Below the pieces are notes generated by a model. That model searched no databases. It saw only the letters and a program-made list of their open reading frames with translations, and was not told the origin of the DNA. A DNA stretch of 64,000 nt from a virus (taxonomy: Duplodnaviria > Caudoviricetes), in IMG/VR virus record IMGVR_UViG_3300032167_000004, positions 160,001 through 224,000 of that record. The stretch is one strand, 5' to 3'. Of the stretch, positions 50,289-61,152 are shown one piece after another. Within the stretch, counting starts at the first letter, position 1. Each line of letters opens with the position of its first letter. Position numbers and translations under genes: made by a program.

Positions 50289-50951
50289 TTAGTCAATATC
50301 TAAATCAATATCATCGAAGTCAAAATCATCAAAAGATTCACCGACATCTTCAATAGTATCTTGTTTTTCACCTTTAATATTAGTAGTATCAGGAGTGGAC
50401 TTAGTAGGTGCTTTATCGGGAGCATCCTCAATCTCTTCTTGATCTTCGCCATCGATATTCTTATCACAAGGTTTAGACTTAGTAGGAGTCTTATCGGGAG
50501 CATCTTCAACTTCATCCTGCTTAGTAGCAAGGATATTTTCAAAATCTGCTTCCATTAAATCATCAAAATCAAAATCTTCTAATTCTTCCATCACTTTGTT
50601 GTCCTCCTTTTTTTCATCTTCATCTTCGTCACCAGAATCACCATCTTCATGACCTTTTTCAATAGCTTCGGTAGTTACACTCTCAGTTAACATAGTTTCG
50701 GGAATAAAACCTTCAACAAGATCTTCAATATCTTTTGCAGTAACTTCCTCAACATCAGGATCATCAGGTAAAGAATCAACTAACTTAGCAATCTCAGGAT
50801 CATTCTCTGCACCAATAATTAATGCATCAGGATCATCTAAGAAAATATCTTTAATGTCATCAATATTCTCGGAAATATACTCAGAAGCAGCCTCCAGGCT
50901 AGTTCTGAATTCAACATCGTTTCTCATTTTAGCTTTAAGAGTAGTTAACAT
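50289..50951 (-). CDS. Highly acidic repeat protein, possibly head/scaffold-associated
   Basis: 26 aa tandem repeats containing EDAPDK.PTKS; late-type promoter motif. Confidence 0.65.
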   Translation of the reverse strand: MLTTLKAKMRNDVEFRTSLEAASEYISENIDDIKDIFLDDPDALIIGAENDPEIAKLVDSLPDDPDVEEVTAKDIEDLVEGFIPETMLTESVTTEAIEKGHEDGDSGDEDEDEKKEDNKVMEELEDFDFDDLMEADFENILATKQDEVEDAPDKTPTKSKPCDKNIDGEDQEEIEDAPDKAPTKSTPDTTNIKGEKQDTIEDVGESFDDFDFDDIDLDID

Positions 50952-51009
50952 CTATAACACCCTCCTTTAATTATTTTAGGTTAATTATCAAAATGTTTTC
51001 ATTAAATTT

Positions 51010-52203
51010 TTACATATTCACAAATTTATTATTATAATATTTCATTATGAATAATAATATAGGAATCATAATATAATCATACATACAATATTTCATCCTA
51101 TATTCTTTAAGTCTATCAATATCAATTTGATATATAGAATCAATAGTATCATTAAAATATTTAACCATTAATTCTTCAATAATATTATCAAGTTCTTCAA
51201 TATTATTATTTTTTATACCATCAATAATTTTATCTTTAATATACAATCCTATACCAACATGATCAGGTACAAATACTAAAGATCTAATATTTTTTAAATT
51301 ATAGTATAAGAATATGGAATGTTGATAAGTTATAGGACAGAGTTCATATCTTATATAATCCAATTCCTTAATATCTCTATCAACCATTCTACCATAGAAA
51401 GACATTTCATATGTGGTAGGAAATTGTTCACCATAGTCTTCATTACTTATACTAATAGTTTCATATTTTTCTTTTCTATTTAATAAGTTATGTTCACTAA
51501 TAAAATTAGATACAAATTTATCATAAATATGATCACTCATAGTATTGATTAAGAAACTATTATATCTCTTATTATAAAATAAGGATATATATTTACTAAC
51601 AAATGTATCATAAATAGAATTTAACTCATTAATTAATTTATATTGATCTTCTTCAATTAAAAAGTTATCTTCTGTTCCAATGTTCTTAAATATACAAGTA
51701 TATTTTTCTAATACTTGACTCTTTAAATTCTTTACTGCATCGGTACTAATTGTTTTTAAAGTAAATCCTATTTTATAATAATTATTAGATTTAATTGTAT
51801 CATAATCAATTGAAGTTAGCATAAATACATAACTTTCATCTAAATATGATACAGTGAAGAAATCATTAGGTAAAGGTTTGATAGTATTAGGTAAAATTAA
51901 TCCATCACTATCATAACTACCAGTCAATCCTTCTTCTTCATCATTTAAATCTAATTTTATTTGGTCAATTCCATAAATAGGAAAATCTTCTATCTTTTGA
52001 AATTTTAAAGGGGATTCATGTCCCAAAATTCTATCCACATTTAACAATCCAGTATCTGTAATACTATTTATATTATTAATGTGATAGTATGTAACAAACG
52101 TAGGTGTTTTTTCAGTGAAAACACTATATTGAGATTCTAATCGTTTTTCGTATTTGAATATATTATCATTAATGAAATTCTTCTCATTCATTATAAATCC
52201 CAA
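51010..52203 (-). CDS. Putative virion structural protein
   Basis: Late-type promoter motif; ILPNTIKP.P.DFF pattern as recalled from jumbo-phage structural proteins. Confidence 0.45.
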   Translation of the reverse strand: MGFIMNEKNFINDNIFKYEKRLESQYSVFTEKTPTFVTYYHINNINSITDTGLLNVDRILGHESPLKFQKIEDFPIYGIDQIKLDLNDEEEGLTGSYDSDGLILPNTIKPLPNDFFTVSYLDESYVFMLTSIDYDTIKSNNYYKIGFTLKTISTDAVKNLKSQVLEKYTCIFKNIGTEDNFLIEEDQYKLINELNSIYDTFVSKYISLFYNKRYNSFLINTMSDHIYDKFVSNFISEHNLLNRKEKYETISISNEDYGEQFPTTYEMSFYGRMVDRDIKELDYIRYELCPITYQHSIFLYYNLKNIRSLVFVPDHVGIGLYIKDKIIDGIKNNNIEELDNIIEELMVKYFNDTIDSIYQIDIDRLKEYRMKYCMYDYIMIPILLFIMKYYNNKFVNM

Positions 52204-52404
52204 AACCTATCACCTCACTTTCTATTACAAAAATGTTGAAGGAACACAGAAAAAAATAAACAAGTATATAAAAGGAATGAAATAATTCCTTCAGTTACTT
52301 CGATACCTTCATTTTCGTGTTCATGATGTTTTCATTGTTCTCCTCTTTTATTAAACATGTAAAGAGATAATACGGTCTGCTCATCCGTATTATCTCTTTA
52401 CATA

Positions 52405-53442
52405 TTATTTTTTCATTTTTACTAAATCAATTTGATTTTTATGAACTCCATAATCTTTTTCTTTAGTATTATAATAAATATTAATACTATTTACAAATGG
52501 TGATAATTCTTTAATAGTTTTACTATACCAATAACTGTCTTTATCATTATCTGAATAAATATTAATATTAATATTATCTCCAACTAAACCTAAAGATATA
52601 AAGTATTTAATAACTGAAGTATATGCAGCTCCACATACGGCTGCATATACTTGATTTTTTAAATTCTGATTTTTTACATGATAATATATTCCTAATATAT
52701 CAAATGTACCTTCAGCAAGATTAATGTAAATAGGTTCATTACTAAGTATATCAATCTGATTAGGTATTGTATAAAATTTTCGAGTATTATCTATACTAGG
52801 AACTACAGAATATTTATCATATCTTAATTTATTCGTATTAGTTATATCACGAAATATAACAAATTCATTCCTAACAGATAAGAATCCAACATAATCATCA
52901 TTTAAAAGATTTGCTCTAGAAGCACTGGTAGTAATTTGGTCTATTTTATTAAAAGTTAATAACTGTTCTAAACTAAATACTACTTTTAATTTCTGTAATT
53001 CTTCAAATGTGAACGGAATTCCTAATCTATCTTCAATATATTTTTTCTTAATTTCATCACTTGTACCTATTCTTCCTATTGGTACTCGGTAATTAAATTT
53101 ATTGTCTTTAATATTATAGATTTTATTAAATTTCTTATTAATATTCTTATTGAATGTAATAAGATTACTATTTAATTTTAAATCATTAATATCAAAGGTT
53201 CTTAATACTGATGGTGTTAATATACCATTTTCACCACAGTTGAAACAATTGTAAAGTATAGGTTTATCATTATTTAAATTAGTTTGTACATAGAATCTTG
53301 TTTTGCGCGGATCTTTTTTTGAATCTCCACAAAATTGACATCTGAGGGCTATTTGATTTGCATTTATTCTATGTGCATATGGTAATTGTAATAATTTATA
53401 TTCTACACTTTGTTTGAAATCATATTCATCCATTATTATCAC
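52405..53442 (-). CDS. DNA primase
   Basis: CQFCGD...CFNC zinc finger; TOPRIM AEG.FD and DND. Confidence 0.85.
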   Translation of the reverse strand: MIIMDEYDFKQSVEYKLLQLPYAHRINANQIALRCQFCGDSKKDPRKTRFYVQTNLNNDKPILYNCFNCGENGILTPSVLRTFDINDLKLNSNLITFNKNINKKFNKIYNIKDNKFNYRVPIGRIGTSDEIKKKYIEDRLGIPFTFEELQKLKVVFSLEQLLTFNKIDQITTSASRANLLNDDYVGFLSVRNEFVIFRDITNTNKLRYDKYSVVPSIDNTRKFYTIPNQIDILSNEPIYINLAEGTFDILGIYYHVKNQNLKNQVYAAVCGAAYTSVIKYFISLGLVGDNININIYSDNDKDSYWYSKTIKELSPFVNSINIYYNTKEKDYGVHKNQIDLVKMKK

Positions 53443-53959
53443 TACTTTTCACTCTTGATGAAAATAGACTAAATACCCATAACATCAATTTATTAAGATA
53501 ACTAAATTTAATAGATTGAAACTTATTAACTGGAATAGCTTTCTCATTTAATGCATTATATCTAATTGTAACACATGACCTGAAATCATATTCAGGAAAA
53601 CAATAATCGTCATTATTATAAGTTTCCAATTCCCATCCATTAGGTAATGGATATACCTTTAATAAAGATTCAAAGAATTCTTTCTTAATAGAATTATCAA
53701 ATGTTATGTATGCAGGTTGATAATCACCATTCTTTTTAAGATGACCTTCACAACAATATAATGTTTTTAATCCATATTCATTCAATGTTTTAATGATATT
53801 TATTATACCAGCATCAATCTCAACTGCAGGTTCACCACAATCACATAAATATGAATAATGTACTGTATGACTTAATCTTTTATCTGTGTAGTATATGTTC
53901 TCTCTAACTGTAGACTTATAGATTTTATTACATTCTGTACAATAGAAATATACAATCAT
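53426..53959 (-). CDS. Hypothetical protein (Zn ribbon plus LN..G..T..CCEGH motif)
   Basis: CxxC...CxC followed by a TYW3-like motif; function not assignable. Confidence 0.55.
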   Translation of the reverse strand: MIVYFYCTECNKIYKSTVRENIYYTDKRLSHTVHYSYLCDCGEPAVEIDAGIINIIKTLNEYGLKTLYCCEGHLKKNGDYQPAYITFDNSIKKEFFESLLKVYPLPNGWELETYNNDDYCFPEYDFRSCVTIRYNALNEKAIPVNKFQSIKFSYLNKLMLWVFSLFSSRVKSSDNNG

Positions 53960-54441
53960 ACAAATCCTCTTTCTTCAAAAATTTTTCGTATATTATCTAT
54001 AACATCTGATAAATATTGATCTTGTACAAACATAAATCTTTTTGCATAAATATCACTGTTACATTGTTCTACAAAATCATAAAATGTTTTATCAATATTA
54101 TTAATAAATGCTTCACTACTATTTCTTTGCTTATATCTTTGAATATATACATCTTTTAATCTAGGAGATGGATATATCAATGCATAAGTAATACCTTCTT
54201 TAGCTAATCCATTTCTAACATTCTCATGAGAAGATATTAATATGTAATCAACTTTTCCAATTAAACTTTTTATATGAGTAATATAATTATTAGGGAAATC
54301 AGGATTTCTAACACCAGGTTCTAACCAAGAAAAATTACTACTATCAGAATCTTGTACAATAATATCAGTTCCTTTATACATTTCTGTCAGATAACTTTTT
54401 CCAACACCAGGAAATCCAGAAATAATTATAGTATTTTTCAT
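53956..54441 (-). CDS. P-loop kinase-like protein
   Basis: GFPGVGKS followed by DSDS. Confidence 0.75.
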   Translation of the reverse strand: MKNTIIISGFPGVGKSYLTEMYKGTDIIVQDSDSSNFSWLEPGVRNPDFPNNYITHIKSLIGKVDYILISSHENVRNGLAKEGITYALIYPSPRLKDVYIQRYKQRNSSEAFINNIDKTFYDFVEQCNSDIYAKRFMFVQDQYLSDVIDNIRKIFEERGFV

Positions 54442-54578
54442 GTTTATTTTCTTCTCCTCTTAATATTATTAAGCTTATCTTTATGTTAATTACCCTTTTT
54501 AATTGTAAAATATACCCCTATATAGGATTATCCTATATAGGGGTATTCATTAAAATATTTTTGCGCAAAAATATTTCT

Positions 54579-56069
54579 TTATAACTGATTTAAGAAATTC
54601 AAAAATTCGTCACTAATAATATCTTGATTTACTTCAATAGTTTGACCTAATAGTTCTTTATTATCATAATCTACAAAAGTAAATGATGTATTTAATAATG
54701 TAGATAATAAATTAATAATAAGGTCCTCTTTACCTATATCATTCAATGAACTATACTTATCTTCAATAATATGTTGATAAATAGAACTTGATTGAATCTT
54801 TGTTAAGAATTTATCATTTCTTATAGTTCTTGCATTTAATTTACTTTCAATATTAGAAGAAATAATTTGAGGTAAATATACACAAGACTGGAATTGTAAT
54901 CTCTTCTTTAACATAATCAATAGTTTTAAATACTGAGTTCTATTTAATAACATCAAATCTCGATATCCGTTGAAGTATTTTGCATAGTAATAAAATACTA
55001 ACTGAGATTGGAATTTAGTGATATTAAGATTACGTTTATAATATTCAATCTCTTCATCAGTAATCTCAATATGCATTTTCTTTTTAATTCTTTTAATTGT
55101 TTTCTTAATGTTAATTTCTGATAAAATTACTGAACTCTCATCAATCTTAGATGCATTCATTTCAAGCTTATCAAGTCCTGATAGGCCAGATGCATCACGA
55201 TGTGCTGATAATTCAATACGATTTAACTTGTACGGTTCAACTAAAAAGAAGCGTAATTGCTTGTCCAAAACGACATAATTGAAACTGACGATATTTTTAT
55301 TGAATTCATACTTAAAGAATGTTTCAGATATGATTTTATCTTTTAATAATTCTGTCATATGAGTTAATGCGTTAGTGCCAAAAATCTCGCGCTGTTCCCA
55401 GATAAGAGAATTTCTAACGAAATTCACATTAACCTTAGAATATATAGATATCCATAATTTATTATAAATATCGACTTCTTTACCAAATATATCAAATAAT
55501 CCTTCATAAAATCTGAAGATATATTTACGGTCTTTAATTAAACCATAAGAATTTAAATAATGGAACATTGGTGCAACCATCATTTTCATAGACATGCTAA
55601 TAGCCATCATAACTTTAGCATGTTTCATTGTGAACTCTAATGTTTCATTATATTTCTTACTAGTATCATCAGATGTTAAATCTATATAATAATTATCTTC
55701 TACTAACTGATTAATTTTCTCTATCATTGTATCAGTAAGAAGAATATTATAAACCATTTTAATAAAAGTTCCTAATGGAATATTATTGTCTTTATTATCA
55801 ACTAAGAACTTTAATTTTAAATATGCAAGTATTAATTCATTCTCTTTATCGTAATACTTAATAAAATAATTTATATAATGAGTGATATGTTCCAACTTTT
55901 TTACATATGACTCTTTTTTAATAATAAAATTATTCAAAGCATCATTATTTTGACGTTTAAAAATCTTATTAAATGGTACTACTACCAACTTCCCATCATA
56001 TGTTATCTTCGTATCTTTCTTAGTGGGAACCCACTCATCAATACGGATAAATTCTTCAGTTTCCAACAC
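54579..56069 (-). CDS. Non-virion RNAP promoter-specificity (sigma-like) subunit, AR9 gp226-like
   Basis: Segments F.K.F.R....NNF.I.K.SY and NKL...IYS.V.......IW resemble AR9 gp226 as recalled; lies two genes from the chaperonin, as gp226/gp228 do in AR9. Confidence 0.7.
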   Translation of the reverse strand: MLETEEFIRIDEWVPTKKDTKITYDGKLVVVPFNKIFKRQNNDALNNFIIKKESYVKKLEHITHYINYFIKYYDKENELILAYLKLKFLVDNKDNNIPLGTFIKMVYNILLTDTMIEKINQLVEDNYYIDLTSDDTSKKYNETLEFTMKHAKVMMAISMSMKMMVAPMFHYLNSYGLIKDRKYIFRFYEGLFDIFGKEVDIYNKLWISIYSKVNVNFVRNSLIWEQREIFGTNALTHMTELLKDKIISETFFKYEFNKNIVSFNYVVLDKQLRFFLVEPYKLNRIELSAHRDASGLSGLDKLEMNASKIDESSVILSEINIKKTIKRIKKKMHIEITDEEIEYYKRNLNITKFQSQLVFYYYAKYFNGYRDLMLLNRTQYLKLLIMLKKRLQFQSCVYLPQIISSNIESKLNARTIRNDKFLTKIQSSSIYQHIIEDKYSSLNDIGKEDLIINLLSTLLNTSFTFVDYDNKELLGQTIEVNQDIISDEFLNFLNQL

Positions 56070-56114
56070 GTGTCCTCCTCATTGTTATTAAGCTTCTATT
56101 ATATAATATATACT

Positions 56115-56885
56115 TTATTTTTTTATTGTAGTTTTTACTTTAGATTTTCCTGTAATTTTTTTATGAGGAGTGATACGATGGTCACTTCTTGTTTTAGTTG
56201 CTTTAGGTTTTCCTACAACTTTATTTGTCTCTTTTTTAGGCTTATTATCAGTTTTCTTATTCTTTTCTTCTTTAAGTCTATTATTTTCTTTCTTAATCTC
56301 CAATTCAATTTTATCGGTAGATTTAATAGTTTTCTTGAATTGGTCAATCATTAATCTCTTAGAAATAGGAACTAAGGAAACCTTATTCATGAAAGATTTA
56401 TTAGACTTAATATATTTACAAGCAAAATAAATAGATTTCTCAAAATTAATTACTTCACCAGGATTTTTAATAATAGGATTGTCAGATAAAACAATATCCT
56501 TATATTTATCCCTTAGGAAATCTATTATAAGTCCATAATCATTATACACATATGCATATGTATAAGTAAAACTAGGACAATTACTAAATACTTTAATCGT
56601 GTATCGATTAAGATTTAAATCATTGGTAACTTCTTTTTCGGTAGGTGTGAATTGAATAACAACATCATATTCATTATTTCTTTCAGATTCACTAGGAATT
56701 TTCACATGGATATAAAAATTAGTATTATCATGATAATGATAATGTTTAAAGTCCTTGTGTTTTTCCAAAAGTTTAGCATATCTTGTATCCAGATCAGATT
56801 TAATAAGATTTCTATTAGCAATCGCTGTAGAACCTTTACCCATAGGATTTTCAAGATACTCATCAAGAGTTTGAGGTATGAACAT
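56115..56885 (-). CDS. Hypothetical protein with basic tail
   Basis: AAGGAGG RBS; early-type motif upstream. Confidence 0.7.
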   Translation of the reverse strand: MFIPQTLDEYLENPMGKGSTAIANRNLIKSDLDTRYAKLLEKHKDFKHYHYHDNTNFYIHVKIPSESERNNEYDVVIQFTPTEKEVTNDLNLNRYTIKVFSNCPSFTYTYAYVYNDYGLIIDFLRDKYKDIVLSDNPIIKNPGEVINFEKSIYFACKYIKSNKSFMNKVSLVPISKRLMIDQFKKTIKSTDKIELEIKKENNRLKEEKNKKTDNKPKKETNKVVGKPKATKTRSDHRITPHKKITGKSKVKTTIKK

Positions 56886-56960
56886 GGTTTTGTTATCCTC
56901 CTTTCTTTCATGGGTTTAATTAATCCAGGGGTAAATTATACCCCTGGATAATATATAAAA

Positions 56961-58691
56961 TTAATGTTGTTCAGTCATAATAGAAATATACTGATTACTG
57001 GAATTCAGAAGAGAGATAATAGAAGCGGTAGCTTTCAGAATCTCAATATCAGTTTCACAAGAATTAATAATATCCTTAGAATATGTGTCATGAATTAGAT
57101 CATAACAAATAGGTTCTTCACTATTCATACACTTATCAATAATAGCAGTGAAGAAATCATCAGTCATTTCTTTTTCAGTATACTTATTACGAAGAATAGT
57201 TTTAAATACATTTAGGAATGCTTTTTTAATAATAGCAAACATTTCATGTTCATATTCTTCCATACAAGTATTATTTTTCTTTTCTTCTTCTGTCATCTGA
57301 TTAATGATATAAGGAATAATTAAAGATCCACCAATTGTATAACCATGAGTAAATGCAGATTCGCAAGCTTTAACTGCGTCCTCAACAAGGTCAAAATTAG
57401 CAGTCTTTTCTAATTCAGAATTACCACCAACATGGATGATACCCATATGTCCATTCAACTTAGTCATTCTCTGCTTCAATTCATTCAGCTTAATATCTAC
57501 AATACCTCTCTTTTGATTTTCATCAAGAGCTTTATTGTATTTATTAGTAGCATCTGCAACTGCTTTATTATAAAGATTTTCATTTCTACTAGTAAAACCT
57601 CTAATAAAAGTAGTCTTTTCAGAAATTACCATTGAATCAACAAAACCAACATATTCCATTACAGTCTCAGGAGTAATTTCATCAATAAACTGTTCACTGA
57701 TAACCTGGCAACCACACATGATTGCGAAGTCATTATACAGATCATGAGAAACATTATTAACTAAAGATGCTCTAGTATACACAATAGTAGAGATACCTCT
57801 GGTTTTATATTCAACAATAATATTCTTACGAATATTATCAAGTAGGAATTTATCGTAATGAGGTGCAATAACAACTAATCTCTTATTATTATGAGCAGCA
57901 GTCGTTGCAGCTTCACTAATAATAGGAAGTGCTCTTTCGATATCAATCTTATGGTCAAACATAATAACCATAGGATTATTAATCACACAAGTACCATCAT
58001 CATTAGTAGTAAAAATATTATCAATATATGTAATATTACCTCTATAACCATCAATAATTTCATATGTAGTCTCATTAGTCTTAGACTTAACATACTCAAT
58101 AGAAGGATTATTGGTAGTCATATAAATATCTCTAATGATTTTAGAAATCTGATCATCACCATTAGTAGAAATATATGCGAGCTTATAAATTTCTTCAAAT
58201 GTTTCTTTATTGACTTGAATAGAAGAAGCATAAATTTTATCAACAAGATAATTTACACATTTATTCAAGGTTTCAATAAATTCTTTAGGACGCATTGTAT
58301 TAATAATGCTTTCATGTGCTTTCATTTCTTTAAGAATAGAATTGGCAGCAACAATAGAAGTTGTAGAACCATCACCGACTCTAATAACAACCTGAGCACT
58401 AATTCTCAGAAGAAGCATCATGATATTATTACTAACAGTATCATTGAATCGGATATTCTTCAATACTGTCCATCCATCCTTAGTAATGTGGCATTCGCCA
58501 TACTTTTCAATAATAGTTGTAGAACCATAAGGTCCTAAAGTCTTAGTTAATGCATTTGATACCTGAGAAAATACATTATCAATCTTTCTTTTAAATTCAC
58601 TTTCTTCAATTACATTCCAGGCGAGATATTCTTTATAATAACGGCTCTCACCCGCACGACAAGAAATTTTCTTTTCATTCTGGTTTTCCAT
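56961..58691 (-). CDS. Phage chaperonin (GroEL-like)
   Basis: TLGPYG, ITKDG.TV, VGDGSTT, I.VGG.SE.E and VEDAV.A motifs. No GroES seen in the window. Confidence 0.92.
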   Translation of the reverse strand: MENQNEKKISCRAGESRYYKEYLAWNVIEESEFKRKIDNVFSQVSNALTKTLGPYGSTTIIEKYGECHITKDGWTVLKNIRFNDTVSNNIMMLLLRISAQVVIRVGDGSTTSIVAANSILKEMKAHESIINTMRPKEFIETLNKCVNYLVDKIYASSIQVNKETFEEIYKLAYISTNGDDQISKIIRDIYMTTNNPSIEYVKSKTNETTYEIIDGYRGNITYIDNIFTTNDDGTCVINNPMVIMFDHKIDIERALPIISEAATTAAHNNKRLVVIAPHYDKFLLDNIRKNIIVEYKTRGISTIVYTRASLVNNVSHDLYNDFAIMCGCQVISEQFIDEITPETVMEYVGFVDSMVISEKTTFIRGFTSRNENLYNKAVADATNKYNKALDENQKRGIVDIKLNELKQRMTKLNGHMGIIHVGGNSELEKTANFDLVEDAVKACESAFTHGYTIGGSLIIPYIINQMTEEEKKNNTCMEEYEHEMFAIIKKAFLNVFKTILRNKYTEKEMTDDFFTAIIDKCMNSEEPICYDLIHDTYSKDIINSCETDIEILKATASIISLLNSSNQYISIMTEQH

Positions 58692-58743
58692 TATTTTTCC
58701 TCCTTTTAATAAATTGGAACTTATGTTAATGTTAATCACCTAA

Positions 58744-59481
58744 TTATTTTCTAGTATATACTGAAGGTGTATAAGGATCAAACATTGCTAATTTAAATAC
58801 CAATTTTTCAGATAGTTTATCAATATTATCCACTTTTAAAATAGGGATATTAGCTTCATTTAATTTATACTGCCAACCTGTATTAGCAACTAATATATTT
58901 GTATATCCCACAATACCCTTTTCAATTAATTTATTAATAATAGTAACATCATTTAATACAAAGGATGTAAATCTAATCTTAGAACTTAGTTCATCTAATA
59001 CTCTATCTAATTCACCATATACGTATAAAATATTTTTAGTTCCAAAGGTATTATAAATATCTCTAGCGATATTTTCATCATAATATCTTGTATAAATATA
59101 TATTGTATTAAGAAATTTTTGTCTTAATAATATATGAATAGAATTAGAAAAAGATAAAGATATGGATTTAGAAATAATATCAGGATAATTTAAATATAAA
59201 TCAAGATATGTATATTCAAATTCAAATTCGTCAATAGCTAATGATTTTAAAATATTCTGATCATTAGCACTAAAAATAACACCCATTAATTCATTATCAG
59301 ATAAATTCTCTATTTTACTATAATCAATAGAGAATTTATAATTTTTTCTATATTCTTCTGTGAGAAGTTTCTTTAATATAAGTAATTTTGGAGTTTTGAT
59401 AATATCATCATACATTACAAATAAAACTTCCTGTTGGGAAGCAAATGCATTCATAGGCATAAAAAATAACCCCCAATACAA
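58744..59481 (-). CDS. Hypothetical protein
   Basis: 245 aa ORF. Confidence 0.65.
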   Translation of the reverse strand: MYWGLFFMPMNAFASQQEVLFVMYDDIIKTPKLLILKKLLTEEYRKNYKFSIDYSKIENLSDNELMGVIFSANDQNILKSLAIDEFEFEYTYLDLYLNYPDIISKSISLSFSNSIHILLRQKFLNTIYIYTRYYDENIARDIYNTFGTKNILYVYGELDRVLDELSSKIRFTSFVLNDVTIINKLIEKGIVGYTNILVANTGWQYKLNEANIPILKVDNIDKLSEKLVFKLAMFDPYTPSVYTRK

Positions 59482-59530
59482 AAAAAATATAGTGACAATA
59501 GAAATTTTCTATTGTCACTATATAAATTAA

Positions 59531-60355
59531 TTAACCATTCAATGCTTCATCTAAATCATCTGCACTAATATGTTCCATTGCTATATCAAAAGAACTATTA
59601 TTAGAACGATTATTACTAAAAGTATTCTTAGTCGTAGTAGTAGCATTATTCCAAATGCTAGTTTTACCACTATATCCCTTAGGATTCAAATCAACTCCAA
59701 CTTTATCAGCAATAGCATTTACAGTATTAACCATCCTGTCATTACTATAACGATTATTATACCTATTTACATGACTATTAAAATTAGAATTCTGAATAAA
59801 GGATTTCAACAATTCAATGAATAACATAAATTCAGCACTAATATTAGTTTCAACATTATAATCACCAGTATTAGGATCATAATCATCAACAGTCATAGAC
59901 TTCTTAAATTCATAATAAATAGACTGTTCTGCTTTCTTAGTATCAGGATTCAAACCCTTATGAATTGCAATATAGGGACGAATGCTCTGAGTAATAGCTT
60001 TACCAGTACCAACAGTTACAAGACTATCACCTGCAACGCTAATACCAATATTCTTTTCTTCTTCATTTTCAATTGCAGGAAGAATATCCTTATTAATCTT
60101 ATAAAGCAAAAGCATAACCTTCTCCATATTCAGAGAAGTTGCAACAAACTTATCATAATCATACAGTTGATCCTTACTCTGCTTATCAGGGGGGAGAGCA
60201 GGATTAATTCTCAAACTAAACATTTCATCCCAACCAGAAATCTGCAAAGTAGAAGGTTCAAAACCATCTCTATTCTTGAACTGATATACCTTAGTTGTAA
60301 TACTCTTACGGTTATCATTTTCGTTGTTTTGTCTTGTTCCAAAATTATTTGCCAT
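59531..60355 (-). CDS. Hypothetical protein, SSB candidate
   Basis: Strong RBS; flexible N/S/T-rich linker and acidic C-terminus. SSB role is inference only. Confidence 0.5.
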   Translation of the reverse strand: MANNFGTRQNNENDNRKSITTKVYQFKNRDGFEPSTLQISGWDEMFSLRINPALPPDKQSKDQLYDYDKFVATSLNMEKVMLLLYKINKDILPAIENEEEKNIGISVAGDSLVTVGTGKAITQSIRPYIAIHKGLNPDTKKAEQSIYYEFKKSMTVDDYDPNTGDYNVETNISAEFMLFIELLKSFIQNSNFNSHVNRYNNRYSNDRMVNTVNAIADKVGVDLNPKGYSGKTSIWNNATTTTKNTFSNNRSNNSSFDIAMEHISADDLDEALNG

Positions 60356-60413
60356 AAAAATTTGTCCTCCTAAAAATAATTGATTACATTTAAGTTCTTA
60401 ATGATATTAAAAG

Positions 60414-60749
60414 TTATCTACATAAATATTTATTTACTAATAATCTATTTTTATGCTCATCATTATAATAAATGCTTAAAGAATTTTCACTTTCAGGATA
60501 TAACTTAATAGGATATCCAATATCTTCAGCCATTTTAATAACTTTATTAAATTCATTAATAATCATAGATTTGTCTATAGGTATATACATATTATAGTTA
60601 CCTTGCGGTCCACACCAATAATGTCCTTCATCACCTATTCCACCAGAACCAAAACTATAATAATCTTCACAATAACCACTTACATATTGTCGGTTACAAG
60701 TAAGTCTTTTTTCACATATTGTGCTGCAACATGCTGCAATATCATTCAT
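60414..60749 (-). CDS. Hypothetical Cys-containing protein
   Basis: Overlapping operon ORF. Confidence 0.55.
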   Translation of the reverse strand: MNDIAACCSTICEKRLTCNRQYVSGYCEDYYSFGSGGIGDEGHYWCGPQGNYNMYIPIDKSMIINEFNKVIKMAEDIGYPIKLYPESENSLSIYYNDEHKNRLLVNKYLCR

Positions 60750-60972
60750 TTTTATCTTCCTCTAAATTTACTAAAGTGTTAGTATTTCCATATACCCATT
60801 GATTATCTTTACTGATATATCCAATATATAAAGCACCATTATCTAATGCTTTCTTTATTTCTACATCCATAATAATTTTATTACTAATTTCTTTCATAGA
60901 TTTATATATTCTAAAATTTATTATACATGCAGATATATTTATAATTGTAACAATTATTAAGAACAATCTCAT
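60742..60972 (-). CDS. Small membrane protein
   Basis: Hydrophobic N-terminus. Confidence 0.5.
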   Translation of the reverse strand: MRLFLIIVTIINISACIINFRIYKSMKEISNKIIMDVEIKKALDNGALYIGYISKDNQWVYGNTNTLVNLEEDKNE

Positions 60973-61088
60973 CTTTTATTCCACCAATCAACAATCATTT
61001 CACTTATTGAATAAATACCTTGTATAATATATACTACAGATATAATAATTGCCAACACTATTAATGCTAAACAAATAAATTCTAACAT
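60969..61088 (-). CDS. Small membrane peptide (39 aa, not in the ORF track)
   Basis: AAGGA RBS; MLEFICLALIVLAIIISVVYII...; ATGA overlap with the next gene. Confidence 0.5.
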   Translation of the reverse strand: MLEFICLALIVLAIIISVVYIIQGIYSISEMIVDWWNKR

Positions 61089-61152
61089 AATTAATATCCT
61101 TCTTTTAAAATTATAGTAAGACTAGTCCATTATATTAGGACTAGTCTTATAT

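Noticed and set aside
57891-58538. Long antisense ORFs (e.g. 57891-58538, 38447-38989, 7141-7629, 23845-24351)
   Set aside because: Shadow frames of well-supported genes on the opposite strand, without RBS or recognisable motifs.
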